Assembly: GCA_026025075.1 (NCBI GenBank)
Contig: JAPEUI010000157.1
Coordinates: 1-33,577 of the forward strand
DNA: 33,577 nt
DNA from: Vezdaea acicularis
Lineage: Eukaryota
Direction: 5' to 3'
Shown here: positions 22,568 through 33,577 of the stretch, one piece after another
How positions within the stretch are numbered: the first letter of the stretch is position 1
How the letters are laid out: the number at the start of each line of letters is the position of its first letter
Notes under the pieces: generated by a model
What the model was told of the DNA's origin: nothing
The model's database searches: none
The model's input: only the letters and a program-made list of their open reading frames with translations
Program-made: the position numbers and the translations under genes

Positions 22568-23918
22568 TGAGGAGAAGGGCCAGAGTTGTGGGCTGGGTGA
22601 TGGTGAACAGGTCTTAGCGCGGACGCGATTTGCAGCTCACTCCGCCGCTAAATTTCCCGATTCAATCGCTTGGCAAGGTGATGATCATCATGCATTTTCA
22701 ACTGTACAGTAGATTGGACCAGCATTCACTCCATAACATCTACTCCTACCTTTCGAGACTAGATGTCTACGCATGGATATCTTGATTCTTTCAATCCACC
22801 GGATTGATGTGACTCGTATTGTGCTTGAGTAACTAAGCGCCAAGACTCCCTTGTACGATTCATGGCCTTCCATTCAGGGATTATATTCTATAGAAGACCG
22901 GCAAACCCCTGGCACTCGTCTGCACCATTCACTATGTGCCGGTGTCATGTCTTCTATTCCAAGGTGCTTGGTGCTGTATCCGACTCTGCATCGTACAGCA
23001 GAGTTGTTGGACCCGGCTAGGATATGAATCCTTCATCTCTGGCGCTGTTTAGAGTCGGCCTTATCCTAGTGTGGATGTCTTCATTCCCGTGTAAATCAAC
23101 CAGGGACTTGTGGGGGCTGAAGAGATCTTCGCAATATCTCTCGAGACCATAAAGTTGAGACTCTGGACCTGAAGATTCCAGGCCAATTCAGGACTTATAA
23201 TCTTTTAAGCCTCACCGATTTCTTGGGTGGCTGCGATATGTATGCCGAGGACACCCCGTAAATGGCTCAAGCGAAGTCCGCTGCGACCCGAGCAAGGCAT
23301 CGTCATAGCTTCGTGAACCGCGACTCCCCTACGCTCCTTCTGAATGTCGGTCGTGGCGGCGGTGGATGCAATGCCCTAAAATTGCCTGCAGGCACTCTCG
23401 CTCTTTTCCAACAAAGTAAATTGGTTGTGGCGCACGTTGGATCTACCGCCTGACTCCGATTTTCTCCAACTTATCTCTTGAGAGTTTCTTTTCATCCGCC
23501 TTTGCTTACATCGAAGATTTGCAGACATTCCAGCGTTGACAGACCAAACGCCAGATCTCAAAGCCTCTGCCCTTGCCGAAGCTTCTTCCGAGATCATCAG
23601 GAACTGTCTCTCTCTGCAAAGGATCATTGGATTAGCGGCATCTAAGAATCTCGGCGCCTGCGCGTTCCTGTGAGTTGCCCCTCCTTACCCCTCCTTGGCC
23701 GAGAAACTGTCACCATCGTGACACCTCAGAGATTGCCGAGACGCTTTACACGCCTCCAATCGTCGTATCGTCAAGCTGATAGGTTCCATGTATTCCTCAG
23801 GACGTCAGGACCAAACAGGTTCGGATTTGCTGTCGCATTCTGACGATCGAGCCTCTAAGATCACCCGATACATCTGCAGAGCCCGACGCTGCAAGCGACC
23901 CTCCAACAGCCAAAAGAG

Positions 23919-25894
23919 ATGGCGCACATTCCATTTCTAGAGCCCCGGCGGCTGCCGCTTCGAAGGATGTCAACAGATCCTCACAATGAATTGAACCCCC
24001 AAATGGATCACTATATCGGCATCGATGTCGGCACGGGCAGTGCGCGCGCATGCATCATTGACCAAACCGGGGACATCAAAGGTCTTGCTTCAAAAAATAT
24101 AGGCCTATGGCAGCCAGAGCAGGGTTATTATGTGAGCTATTCCTCTAACCGGTGCTGGATGATAGCTCGTCTCTGTGAGACGGCGGCTCCTCCAAACTAA
24201 CGAACCTCTTCACCCAGGAACAATCCACCACCGATATTTGGAAATGCATATGCACCTCTGTTCAACAAGCCCTTACCCAGTCCGATATTGACTCCACTAC
24301 AATCAAAGGCATTGGGTTTGATGCGACCTGCTCACTTGCCGTTTTTTCCCATGATACGGATGAGCCTGTTTCGGTGACAGGACCCCATTTCAGCGGCAAT
24401 GATCACAACATTATTCTATGGCTTGACCATAGGCCTGTCGAAGAGACAAACAAGATCAATGCAACGAAGCATAACCTACTGCGTTATGTCGGAGGTAAGA
24501 TGAGCATCGAGATGGAGATACCGAAAGTCCTGTGGCTCAAGAATAATATGCCTCCGGAACTATTCGCTCGTTGCAAATTCTACGACCTTGCTGATGCGCT
24601 GACGCATATCGCCACTGGCAACGAGAATCGCAGCTATTGTAGCACCGTTTGTAAGCAAGGATTCGTACCCGTGGGCGTGGATGGAAGTGTCAAAGGATGG
24701 CAAGAGGATTTCCTTAAGGATATCGGCTTAGAAGATCTGACGAAGGACAACTTCAAGCGGCTGGGTGGAGTCAATGGGGTGGTGAGCCCTTGCTACGTAT
24801 TGAGCAAAGCACTCCAACAGCGCTGACCAACAATATAGAACGGACATTACTTCACGGCCGGAGAGCTAGTCGGAACACTCTCCGAGAAAGCTGCCAAGGA
24901 GCTCGGACTCCCAGCTGGTGTTGCTGTTGGGAGTGGTGTGATCGATGCCTACGCCGGCTGGATCGGCACTGTTGGTGCAAAAGTTGAGCTGGGCTCTCAC
25001 GAATTGACCCCTGAATTCGGAAAAGACGACTTCCACCAGGCATTCGGGCGTCTTGCAGCTGTCGCCGGCACATCGACATGTCATCTTGCCATGTCTCCTA
25101 AGCCTGTGTTTGTCCCGGGAGTGTGGGGCCCCTATCGGGATGTCTTGTTACCAGAATACTGGATGGCTGAGGGTGGCCAAAGCGCTACAGGGGAGCTCTT
25201 GAAGCACGTCCTGGAGACCCACCCAGCGGCCCAGGAGGTAGCGACCCTCTCTGACTCGTTCAATATGAACGTTTATGATTATCTCAATCAGCATCTCAAA
25301 GAAATGCAAAGGAAGGCCAATGCTCCAACTGTTTCATGGCTTGGCCGCCACTTCCATTTCTACGGCGACTTGTTCGGCAACCGCTCCCCAATCGCGGATC
25401 CGAACATGACAGGTGCGGTCATTGGTCTTAGCAGTGATAAGTCGATGGACGGCCTCGCTCTATATTACTATGCCACCATGGAATTCATCGCACTACAGAC
25501 ACGACAGATCGTTGAGACCATGAACAAAGCCGGCCATCACATCACATCTATCTTCATGTCTGGAAGCCAGTGCCAGAACGACATTCTCATGAGCCTCATC
25601 GCGACTACCTGCAGCGTACCCGTCCTCATTCCTCGATATATCCATGCCGCTGTCGCTCATGGTGCGGCAATGCTTGGTGCTAAAGCCGCCACTGCGGACG
25701 CACACGGCAAAACCGAAGGGCTCTGGTCGATCATGGACCGTATGAGTAAGCCCGGCCAGGCCGTCCACCCTACTACTGACGAGGGAGAGAAGAAGTTACT
25801 CAATGTCAAGTATAAGGTGTTCCTTGAACTTTGCCATTCGCAGCAAACTTACCGTAAGGAAATTGACGAGGCTGTCGCTGGATGGAAGAAGTAG
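23919..25894 (+). CDS. FGGY-family carbohydrate kinase (D-ribulokinase / YDR109C-like); introns 24132-24217 and 24782-24838
   Basis: YIGIDVGTGSARA, EQSTTDIW, GIGFDATCSL, ILWLDHR, MSIEMEIPK, AGTSTCH, VPGVWGPY, EGGQSATG, GNRSPIAD. Start could be 23919, 23967 or 24002. Confidence 0.93.
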
Positions 25895-26408
25895 ATGTGG
25901 TGACAGAGCGTAGTGCGTTGCAGATACAGGGCAGAGCCTTTACGGTGTTCTCTTGCGAAGCTATCGAGTAGCTACTTAGATTCACGAACATATTATTCCT
26001 TGACCTTTCACCGCGGGCGTCAGAGGCCTGATATGACTTATGCAATTGCTTCGTCCACGTTATTCCCCTCAATCCCTTCACCCTCAAAGGTCTCAAATAA
26101 CGACCGTTCTATCCGTGGACTTCCCCTCGCGAGAGCATGACCATACTATTATTGAGCTTACCTAGTCTTCACGCCAGCCAGGACGTACGTCTGCGTATGT
26201 CGACATATGTTTTGAACGTCGAAGCCTTCACTCCGCATCGCGTTAATATACACATGGGCCCATGAAACATGGTTTGAATTCATTAACGTCCGGTGTGCTG
26301 TTTGATGGTAAATTCCATCCGCAGAACAAATATCGGTGTGGTCTGTCAAGGAACCGCTCGTAGCCGATGTTGTCTATTAGATCTTCGGTTAAGGAAACTG
26401 CAGGCAGC

Positions 26409-26592
26409 CACCCGGTGAGCAAAATAGTTGTCACACCAAAAAACTAGCGAGGTATCTTACCGGCAAAATTGTTAGAGGGGGTACCTCGCTTCTGGTCGAA
26501 ATGCAAGAGAGGTAAAGTACCCTACCACCCTGATTTGGTGAGGAGGTACCTCGCTTAAGCTTTGGTGTGACAACGTTTTTGCTCACCGGGTG
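26409..26592. mobile_element. 184-bp non-autonomous DNA transposon (MITE) with CAC...GTG termini
   Basis: TIR CACCCGGTGAGCAAAA(TA/AC)GTTGTCACACCAAA, 30/32 identical (26409-26440 vs 26561-26592), extending imperfectly to ~49 bp. Flanked by direct GCAGC (26404-26408 and 26593-26597). No ORF inside. Confidence 0.88.
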
Positions 26593-27251
26593 GCAGCGTG
26601 AAGTAGATCGCTTTCGGCAGCCTCGAGGCGACTGAGCCTTAGCTTAACTGTGCTACTAATGGAAGTCCCCAACCCAAAGTTTTACGTTTTGGATGGGGTG
26701 CAAGACGTGCCCTTACCATTTGGAGGGCCACTGACCTATTGAATGATGGTTTGGAAAACAAGTCTGCAGCCCCCCTTTTGACGCCAACTCTGTGGGAGCA
26801 AGAGACGGAACTCGGAGTACACAAGGCAGAAAACTGAGCCTCTGCTTGTGGTAAGGAACGCAGGACGCCACAGAAGCCCGACTATTTCTTCCTAATACCA
26901 TTAGAAGAGGACCTTGCTGATTTCCGGGCCAGCATATCGCCTTTTTCCCAGATATTGGGTGTGGTTGTAGAGATCCCGATACACTTTCATTTACCAAAGT
27001 AGTCCCTCTTCGATCCTTGTCATCTTTTGTCAAAATTAACAGTTCATGCAAAGAGCGCCAATAGTATCAAGATTTGTACCCAATTGGAAATTATTGTCGT
27101 TGGCCAAGCCAATTCTCTTTGATGCATCTATAGTTGCCTATCCGCGTTAGCGCATCGTCAATTCCGCAAACACGTCTCCCACCTCAAATTTCGACTTTCG
27201 ACGCGCCTCAAGAATTCCACCGCGCGCAAATCTCCACTCAGCACGGCCAAC

Positions 27252-30200
27252 ATGTCGCTCTTTGGCTCCCAACCAGCTAAGACTACTGGGGGGCAGACAT
27301 CGTCAATATTTGGGACTGCTCAGCCTGCCGGGCAGTCTTCATCAATATTTGGTGCTGCGCAACCAGCTTCGCAGCCTCAGCAGAGCGGTAGTCTATTTAG
27401 TCACCTGAATACCTCCCAACCTCCGCAGCAACAACAATCTGCAAGTGGCTTGTTTGCCAACCTGAATTCTTCACAACCACAGCAGCAGCAGGGAGCTAGT
27501 AGTGTTTTTGGGAATTTGGGCGCTTCGAAACCACAGCAGTCCACGAGCTTGTTCGGGAGCGTTGGGTCAACATCTCAGCCACAACAGACTACTTCGATCT
27601 TTGGTAATCTAGGATCCACATCTCAACCACAGCAGACTACAGCCGCACCCAGCGGTGGAATATTTGGCGCCTCTACTAGCCAGCCGACCAAAAGTATCTT
27701 TGGGACAGCTACTACAACAGCTCCGGTGCAACAACCATCACTTTTCGGTTCTTTGAACCCGTCCCAGCCCCAGCCCCAGCCCCTACCTCAAGCCGGCCAA
27801 TCGCAACAGCCGGTAGCACAAGGTCAACAGACACAACCGCCCGCACCAAGCTCAAGACCAGCTTATTTCGATGGTTTACTTGAGCGGAGTCGGCTTAAGG
27901 CCAATGGATCGAATGATGCTCCAAAGTTGGGAGACCTGCCTAGCTTGCAGCTTGGACTTGGTGATATTGCACGAAGAGCGCGAGAGCTTGGTGGTGCTAG
28001 CTCGTCCGGGCGTCAAGGCAGAGCAGGAGACAGTAAAGCGTAGGTTGATTGAGGGACGATTGGACTGAAAATTTAGAGTATCTTCTAATTATGATTGATA
28101 GACACTATTTACTCGCGGCATCAGGAGTAGCACCAGGCTCAGCTATCAAAGACCTAAAAGGGATTGCAGCACAGTCATCAAGTACGACAGCTGTTCACCC
28201 AGGCTCAACTTTTGATACGGACATTGACGCATATGTTGCAAATCTGCAGTCTCAGACAACAAAAGCTATGATTCAAGATGGGCTAGATCGCTCTGCAAAA
28301 GACTTTGATGCATTTTTAGAAGCGAATGTGGACATGGACTGGGATTTACAGCGGAAAAGAGTATATGAGCATTTTGGCTTGACCCAGCGCAGTGACCGAA
28401 GTAGTGACGGCACGCGAAATACTTCAACTCACAGGGACAGCGGAGCTTTTGGTCGATCGAGAAGACAGGCTAAGAATCACGGAGCGTCCAGCGCAAAGTC
28501 TCCCTTGGGTGGAAGTACTTTTGGAGCCTCGAACATGGAGAGGTCTGTGCTCGGTAGCCCTGGTAGAATTGGTCAATCACAGGCCACCCTTTTTTCAGAC
28601 GTAGCTGAGGCTGCGACTGGTGTCGTGCCGGACAATCGATTCCAAAGAGAGAAGCAGGGGAAATTTGCGGAGAGAGTAAGGCAACTCAATGAAGCACGAC
28701 TTGAGAAGAAAGCGTACCCCGCTTTTGCGGCTTTCAAAGACGTCGAGAAAGAATCTGGAGTTGATCAGGTATGTTGCCTATGGATGTCACCCTCAAAACT
28801 AGGTTTACCTAACATTTGTAGACGACTACAAATCTTGAACATTCATATGCTGCTCTGATGGAAATAATCCATGAACAGCCAACTATCATGGACTCATGGG
28901 CCGCTGGCGCAGTCCGACAACGGCAGTTCATGAATGCGTATCTAGACGAGGTGCCTGGTTCTGCGCTATCAACCGACATGAAAAAGAGTATTGTTGCTGG
29001 ATCTAGGCGTTATTTAGAAAAAATGTAAAGCTGAGTGAACTGTGTTGCTCTTTGATAACCTGATTGCTAACACGAGCATGTCAGCTTCTTCGAACAGCTA
29101 GAATCTTTAGTTGACAAGAATCCTCGAGAGGCTCGCCTAGGAGGCGTCCCGAACACCCTCAGTAAAATAAGAGCATATATTAACCTTCGAGCTACGAGAA
29201 AAGACCTTGCCCCAGACAACGCTGAACTTCAGAAGATCGACGATGATCACTGTTGGGCTCTAGTGTTCTTTCTCCTTCGATCCGGACACGTTAAAGAAGC
29301 GGCGGAATATGTGACCAGTAAAGCACCAGCGTTCAGAGCAATCGACCGAAACTTCATAACATATATGACCCGTTACTATCAAGAACCTGATCGGATACTC
29401 TCAAAAGACCTCCAGTCCCGAATCAATTCCGAGTATAGTCAACGTAAAGGAATTGCTCCGAAGAATTCTATTGATCCGTATCGCATGGCTTGCTACAAGA
29501 TTATTGGTCGTTGTGACCTAGCCAACAAAACACTTGACAACGTAAGTTCAGGCATAGAAGACTGGATATGGCTCCATTTCGTCCTGGCGCGAGAAGTAGA
29601 TAAGACGGAAATTTCGGCTTCAGAGGTCTTTGGCCTGGACGACGTTCGAACTATCTTCAAAGACATTGGACAGAAGCACTTCAGCAAAGGGACCGATGAC
29701 GTTGGCGGCGCTGCAACGTTCTTCTATATGCAGATCCTAGCCGGCATGTTTGAAAATGCCATAGCCTATCTATATCCGCATTCATACATGTCTGCTGTGC
29801 ACTTTGCAATCGCGCTGGAATACTACGGTCTCCTGCGTGCGTCCGACTTCCAAACATCTGGCATGGAACTCCGTAAGTCTTTCCTATTTCTCCCTATTTG
29901 CTGCCCTTTTACTGACCCTGTCAGTGACATTCAACACCAAGCGCCTACCCCAAATTAACTTTGGCCGCATGCTCGGCTACTATACACGCGACTTCCGTTC
30001 CGCATCGGCTTCAACCGCTGTTGAATATCTCTGCTTGATTTGCCTAAACGCCGATCTCCCGGGCGAGGCTGGCAAATCCCAAACGACTCTCTGCCATAAT
30101 GCCCTGCGTGAGCTCGTGCTCGAAACGCGCGACTTTTCCACTCTCCTAGGTGACATTCGCAGCGACGGCACCATCATCCGTGGCACCATTGAAAACCGGT

Positions 30201-30982
30201 TGCCGCTGATCAAGCTGTCGAGCCATGACGACTTCTTGCGCGCCGTCACGCGCCAGGCGGCTGCGATCGCGGACGATAATGGACGTACACCTGATGCCGT
30301 CTTGCTATATCATCTTGCGGAGGACTTCAACAAAGTCGTGAGCATTGCAACACGTGCGCTTTCTGAGGCTGTAACGATTGAGATCGGTGCCGATCCCCTG
30401 AAACTGCAGCCGCTTAAACCACGTGCAAACACCATTGCCGAAAGGATGAAGGCCATTGAGACAGAAGGCAGTATGAGCTTGATGAGCATCGACGACCCGC
30501 TTGACCTACTCATGGCGTTTGAGACGCTTTACAGGCTAACACCAATCTATCGCGGTAAGCTAAGCGCAGAGGTGGAGCTGACAGCGGCCGTCATGATTAA
30601 GATCGCGCTGGCGAAGAAGTCGGTTGAGGAAGGGCAGTGGGCTGAGGCGTTAGACAATATCGCTGAGACGGGACTCTTGCCTCTTCACACCCAGGGCGAG
30701 ATTAATCTGATCCGCCAGAGCGCGATAGCCTTCGGCCAGCTGCCACCTGTAATTGCGACGACTATCGGACCGCTCCTCATGTGGACCATCACTTGCTGTG
30801 GCAAACAGAGGGAGAGGCTCAGAGAGAGCAGGTTCGAAGCTGGTAATAATGACTCCCTGAGCAAGGATCTGAAGCAGCGAGCACATGATTGTATGGTCTT
30901 TGCGGGGTTGGTCAAGTACAAGCTTACGGCGAGAGTGTATGAAGCTTTGGCGAGGGCGGCGGGTGACGATGGGATTTACTAG
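27252..30982 (+). CDS. nic96: Nucleoporin Nic96/Nup93 with an FG-repeat N-terminal extension; introns 28040-28101, 28769-28821, 29025-29084, 29873-29924
   Basis: LPSLQLGLGDI and KAHYLLAASG N-terminal motifs, plus ARLGGVP, WALVFFLLRSG, DPYRMACYKIIGRC, IEDWIWL, AVHFAIALEYYGLL and RELVLETRDF. Four canonical introns keep the frame. Confidence 0.95.
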
Positions 30983-31090
30983 TGGGAGTGGTACTGTGGT
31001 TGAGAGGGTGGTTAGGTGCTGATCACCCGTTTAGTGGCATAATTGCGTGTCAGCGTTGTATCAAAAAGCATAGTTAAAGCATGGTCTCTG

Positions 31091-32614
31091 CTATTCAGCA
31101 TCCCTTTCTTCGTCGTTATCTTCATCTTCCTCCCTCAACTCACCCTCACTATAAAGTAGCTCCCTCGCCCCTTCCCACAACTCACCGCCCATTGCCTCAA
31201 CTTTTCGAAACTTCATCTTCGCTCTTTCCACTTCGCTCCGCCGTTCCTCGAGCGCCTTCGCCGCCTCGCCTCGCCGCTGCCACCGTCTCAACCGCTCTTC
31301 GACATCCTCCTCCTCCACCTCCCAATCGTCCCGAAACGCATCCGTCTCAGGTACCATGAGATCCCCCACCCACAGATGCAACATCCCGCGCATATTGAGA
31401 AGTTCGGCATTATCCGAATATGGCGGGCTAGCCATGGCCTCGTCCATGCGGGCCGCAATCTTGACCGCTTCGTCGAAGGCCTGCTGCCTCGCCTCTTCCA
31501 CTACGTTCGCATGTCTCGCGTACGCGCCCTCAGAGGGCTCCTGGGGCTGTGGAGGGGAGGAGCGTGGTTCAAGCGTGTCATCCAGCATAGAAGAATTGTC
31601 GGAGTAATCTGCTGGGAGGCCGCTTGCCGTACGACTCCTAGTGATCGCAGACTTGTACGCTGCTTCTGTGGCATAGATCCACAACCCAAACAACGCGGGG
31701 TAAAAGTCCAAGGGATTGGTTGAGGAGGGGCGATGATGGCGGTAGGGATATTGCAGGATAAGGCGCTCGTAATACTCTTTCGCCAGCTGGAAGGACGAGA
31801 GCGTCATCCATTCCCCTTCCCCTAGATTTAAGTCGTCTTCTTCTGCCCTTGAGGTGGCGGCTGCTGTCTCCTCTTCACCTTCGTCGCCGATGCCCAGGTC
31901 CTGCCCATGGTCTCGTTCGCGCCGATGTTTTGCTGCCATCTCGCGCCGTCTTTGCTGGAGTTGTTGATCTCGCCGGAGTAGTATCTCTGCGCCAATGCCC
32001 CATCGGCCCTCACTACAGAAGTTAATGCTCCTCCCCCCATACTTCGATCTGAGTAGCATACCCCACGCTCGTCCAGCGCGGATATAGTCTCCTTCAAGCA
32101 AGCACTTATGCATCAATGCCGTCAGCACGCCAAAGTGCCTTTGGCGTGGACCCTGAGGATCTCGTGGGGCGCGGACAGAGGGATCTTGCACATAAGTTGC
32201 GTTTGGGACGTAGATAGGTGGTTTGAGAGTGGAAAGCTCGTGTTGAACCGTGGAAGAGATGACATGCCTCGATTGCTGCTCTTCGGATGGCTCATCTGGA
32301 ACGGCACGATGTGGAAAGGGTACTGGAGGAAGTGGTTCAGAAGGATCGAGGCCAGCAAGGGTGTATTGCGCAGAGGTAGAGGGTGACAGAGGGTCGGGCC
32401 GAATGGGTCGAGAAACATTTATGGGCGTGAATTGACTGTTTTGGTGGGCAGGTTGAGGGGTCTGCTGAGAGGATGTCGGCTGGGAGTTCTCTTGCTCCCC
32501 ATCTTCTTCCGGGGAGTGATCTCGTTTCCGTTTCGTGCGGTGTTTCGAGGCGCGCAGAGAATGAGGCTGCTTACTTGGATGGAGAGGGAGAGAGAAGTAT
32601 GGTTTGGCGTACAT
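31091..32614 (-). CDS. rrn11: RNA polymerase I core factor subunit Rrn11-like (507 aa, intronless)
   Basis: HFGVLTALMHKCLLEGDYIRAGRAWGMLLR...WGIGAEILL and YYERLILQYPY match Rrn11-family motifs as I recall them. Ends with SPPYSDN and an acidic tail. Confidence 0.75.
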   Translation of the reverse strand: MYAKPYFSLPLHPSKQPHSLRASKHRTKRKRDHSPEEDGEQENSQPTSSQQTPQPAHQNSQFTPINVSRPIRPDPLSPSTSAQYTLAGLDPSEPLPPVPFPHRAVPDEPSEEQQSRHVISSTVQHELSTLKPPIYVPNATYVQDPSVRAPRDPQGPRQRHFGVLTALMHKCLLEGDYIRAGRAWGMLLRSKYGGRSINFCSEGRWGIGAEILLRRDQQLQQRRREMAAKHRRERDHGQDLGIGDEGEEETAAATSRAEEDDLNLGEGEWMTLSSFQLAKEYYERLILQYPYRHHRPSSTNPLDFYPALFGLWIYATEAAYKSAITRSRTASGLPADYSDNSSMLDDTLEPRSSPPQPQEPSEGAYARHANVVEEARQQAFDEAVKIAARMDEAMASPPYSDNAELLNMRGMLHLWVGDLMVPETDAFRDDWEVEEEDVEERLRRWQRRGEAAKALEERRSEVERAKMKFRKVEAMGGELWEGARELLYSEGELREEDEDNDEERDAE

Positions 32615-32919
32615 CTTGGTAGAGTCGAGTAGTTGAAAAAGATACTATGTTAGCACAAGGAGCTCGAGTGAGAGACGTTGAGGTCATGGTGTGGGGCGTT
32701 TATTCTGCCCAAGGCGGTCAGGACCCCTGTCATCGCCTAGCGGCACCTTTCCGGACACGCGTTCTTGGAGATGGAAACCCAAGCTTTCTCTTCCCTTGCG
32801 ATTTTCAATACATATGTCATTCTTTTACCGGTGAAGCACCTCAAAGCATACCTGCTCGACTTGAATCGGTCAAGACAAGGGTTCCTCAACTTTCTGAGCA
32901 GGTTCTGGGAGTGCCAGAA

Positions 32920-33577
32920 ATGGCAAGCTCTTCGAATCCTTACGAGCACTATGATAGTTCCACAATTGAGCAGGACTTAATAGATCCTGATGACGGTACG
33001 AGCCGCATAGTTCATCTATCATAGGCTATGCACCTCGTGATTGAACTAACATCATTTGTTTCTTAGCTGAGATCAACGACCTTGACGACCCTCTTGACCA
33101 ACACACCTCCCAACGCGCGCCCCTAACGGGCAATATCCAATCCTCATCCTCTGCTCCCATCTCTCAATCCTACTTGACTTCCTCAATACCCGGAGAAGAT
33201 CGACGGGCACCCAACAACACATTGGACGAGAGCGTTTGGGATACATTGTCACGAGATCTGCTAGCAGTATGGGAAAAGATGCGGCAGGTTCTATGGCCAA
33301 AGTATCTGCTTGGGGGGCTTCTTCAGCGCGGTGGAGGCATTGGCGGTGCGGCACGTGAAGGTACTGGCGGACTGTTAGGTGTCGGTAGATGGCCTGATGC
33401 AGATGTGGTTTTGCAAGGGGGTATGAGCGAAGGCTTGAGGGACTGGGACCTATGGTATGCCATTGCTAAGCTACTTGCAACTTTGAAAAACTGACACAGT
33501 CTTCAGGGGCCCTCTCGTATTCTGCTTACTACTCTCAATGTTCCTTTCGATATCGGCCTCGCGTGATCAGAAGTCTC
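32920..33577 (+). CDS. Yip1-domain Golgi membrane protein (Yip4/YIPF6-like), 3' end beyond the window; introns 32996-33066 and 33455-33506
   Basis: Spliced product has NTLDESVWDTLSRDLLAVWEKMRQVLWP and LRDWDLWGPLVFCLLLSMFLS, hallmark Yip1-family motifs. Confidence 0.88.

Noticed and set aside
26409..26447. Resemblance of the MITE end to a V(D)J recombination signal (CAC heptamer plus A-rich nonamer)
   Set aside because: CCAAAAAAC lies 20 bp after the heptamer rather than 12 or 23, and it is not mirrored at the other end. Only the CAC terminus is shared.

Overview
Gene-dense, intron-containing DNA from a filamentous ascomycete (Pezizomycotina-type: mostly 50-90 nt GT-AG introns with CTRAC/CTAAY branch points). 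All gene models were spliced by hand from the sequence. Conserved genes in order: RCC1/Pim1 Ran GEF (+), YAK1 DYRK kinase (-), RAD26/CSB SNF2 ATPase (+), a Ser/Thr-rich secreted or membrane-anchored protein (+), EMC10-like (-), FGGY/ribulokinase-type sugar kinase (+), NIC96 (+), RRN11 (-) and the 5' part of a Yip1-domain gene (+). Between ~14 and 21.7 kb is a block of minus-strand genes with no orthologue I recognise: a Pro-rich ~920 aa orphan with an internal ubiquitin-like LRGG motif, a Myb/SANT-like gene with a possible 581-nt intron and a stop-interrupted 3' continuation, and a small secreted Cys-rich protein. The most notable non-genic element is a 184-bp CAC...GTG MITE with terminal inverted repeats, sub-terminal repeats and a GCAGC flanking duplication. 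No tRNA, rRNA, CRISPR or autonomous transposon was recognised, and I cannot demonstrate a new biological system. The best leads are the MITE, the LRGG orphan, and the EMC10 micro-exon with its potential soluble isoform.
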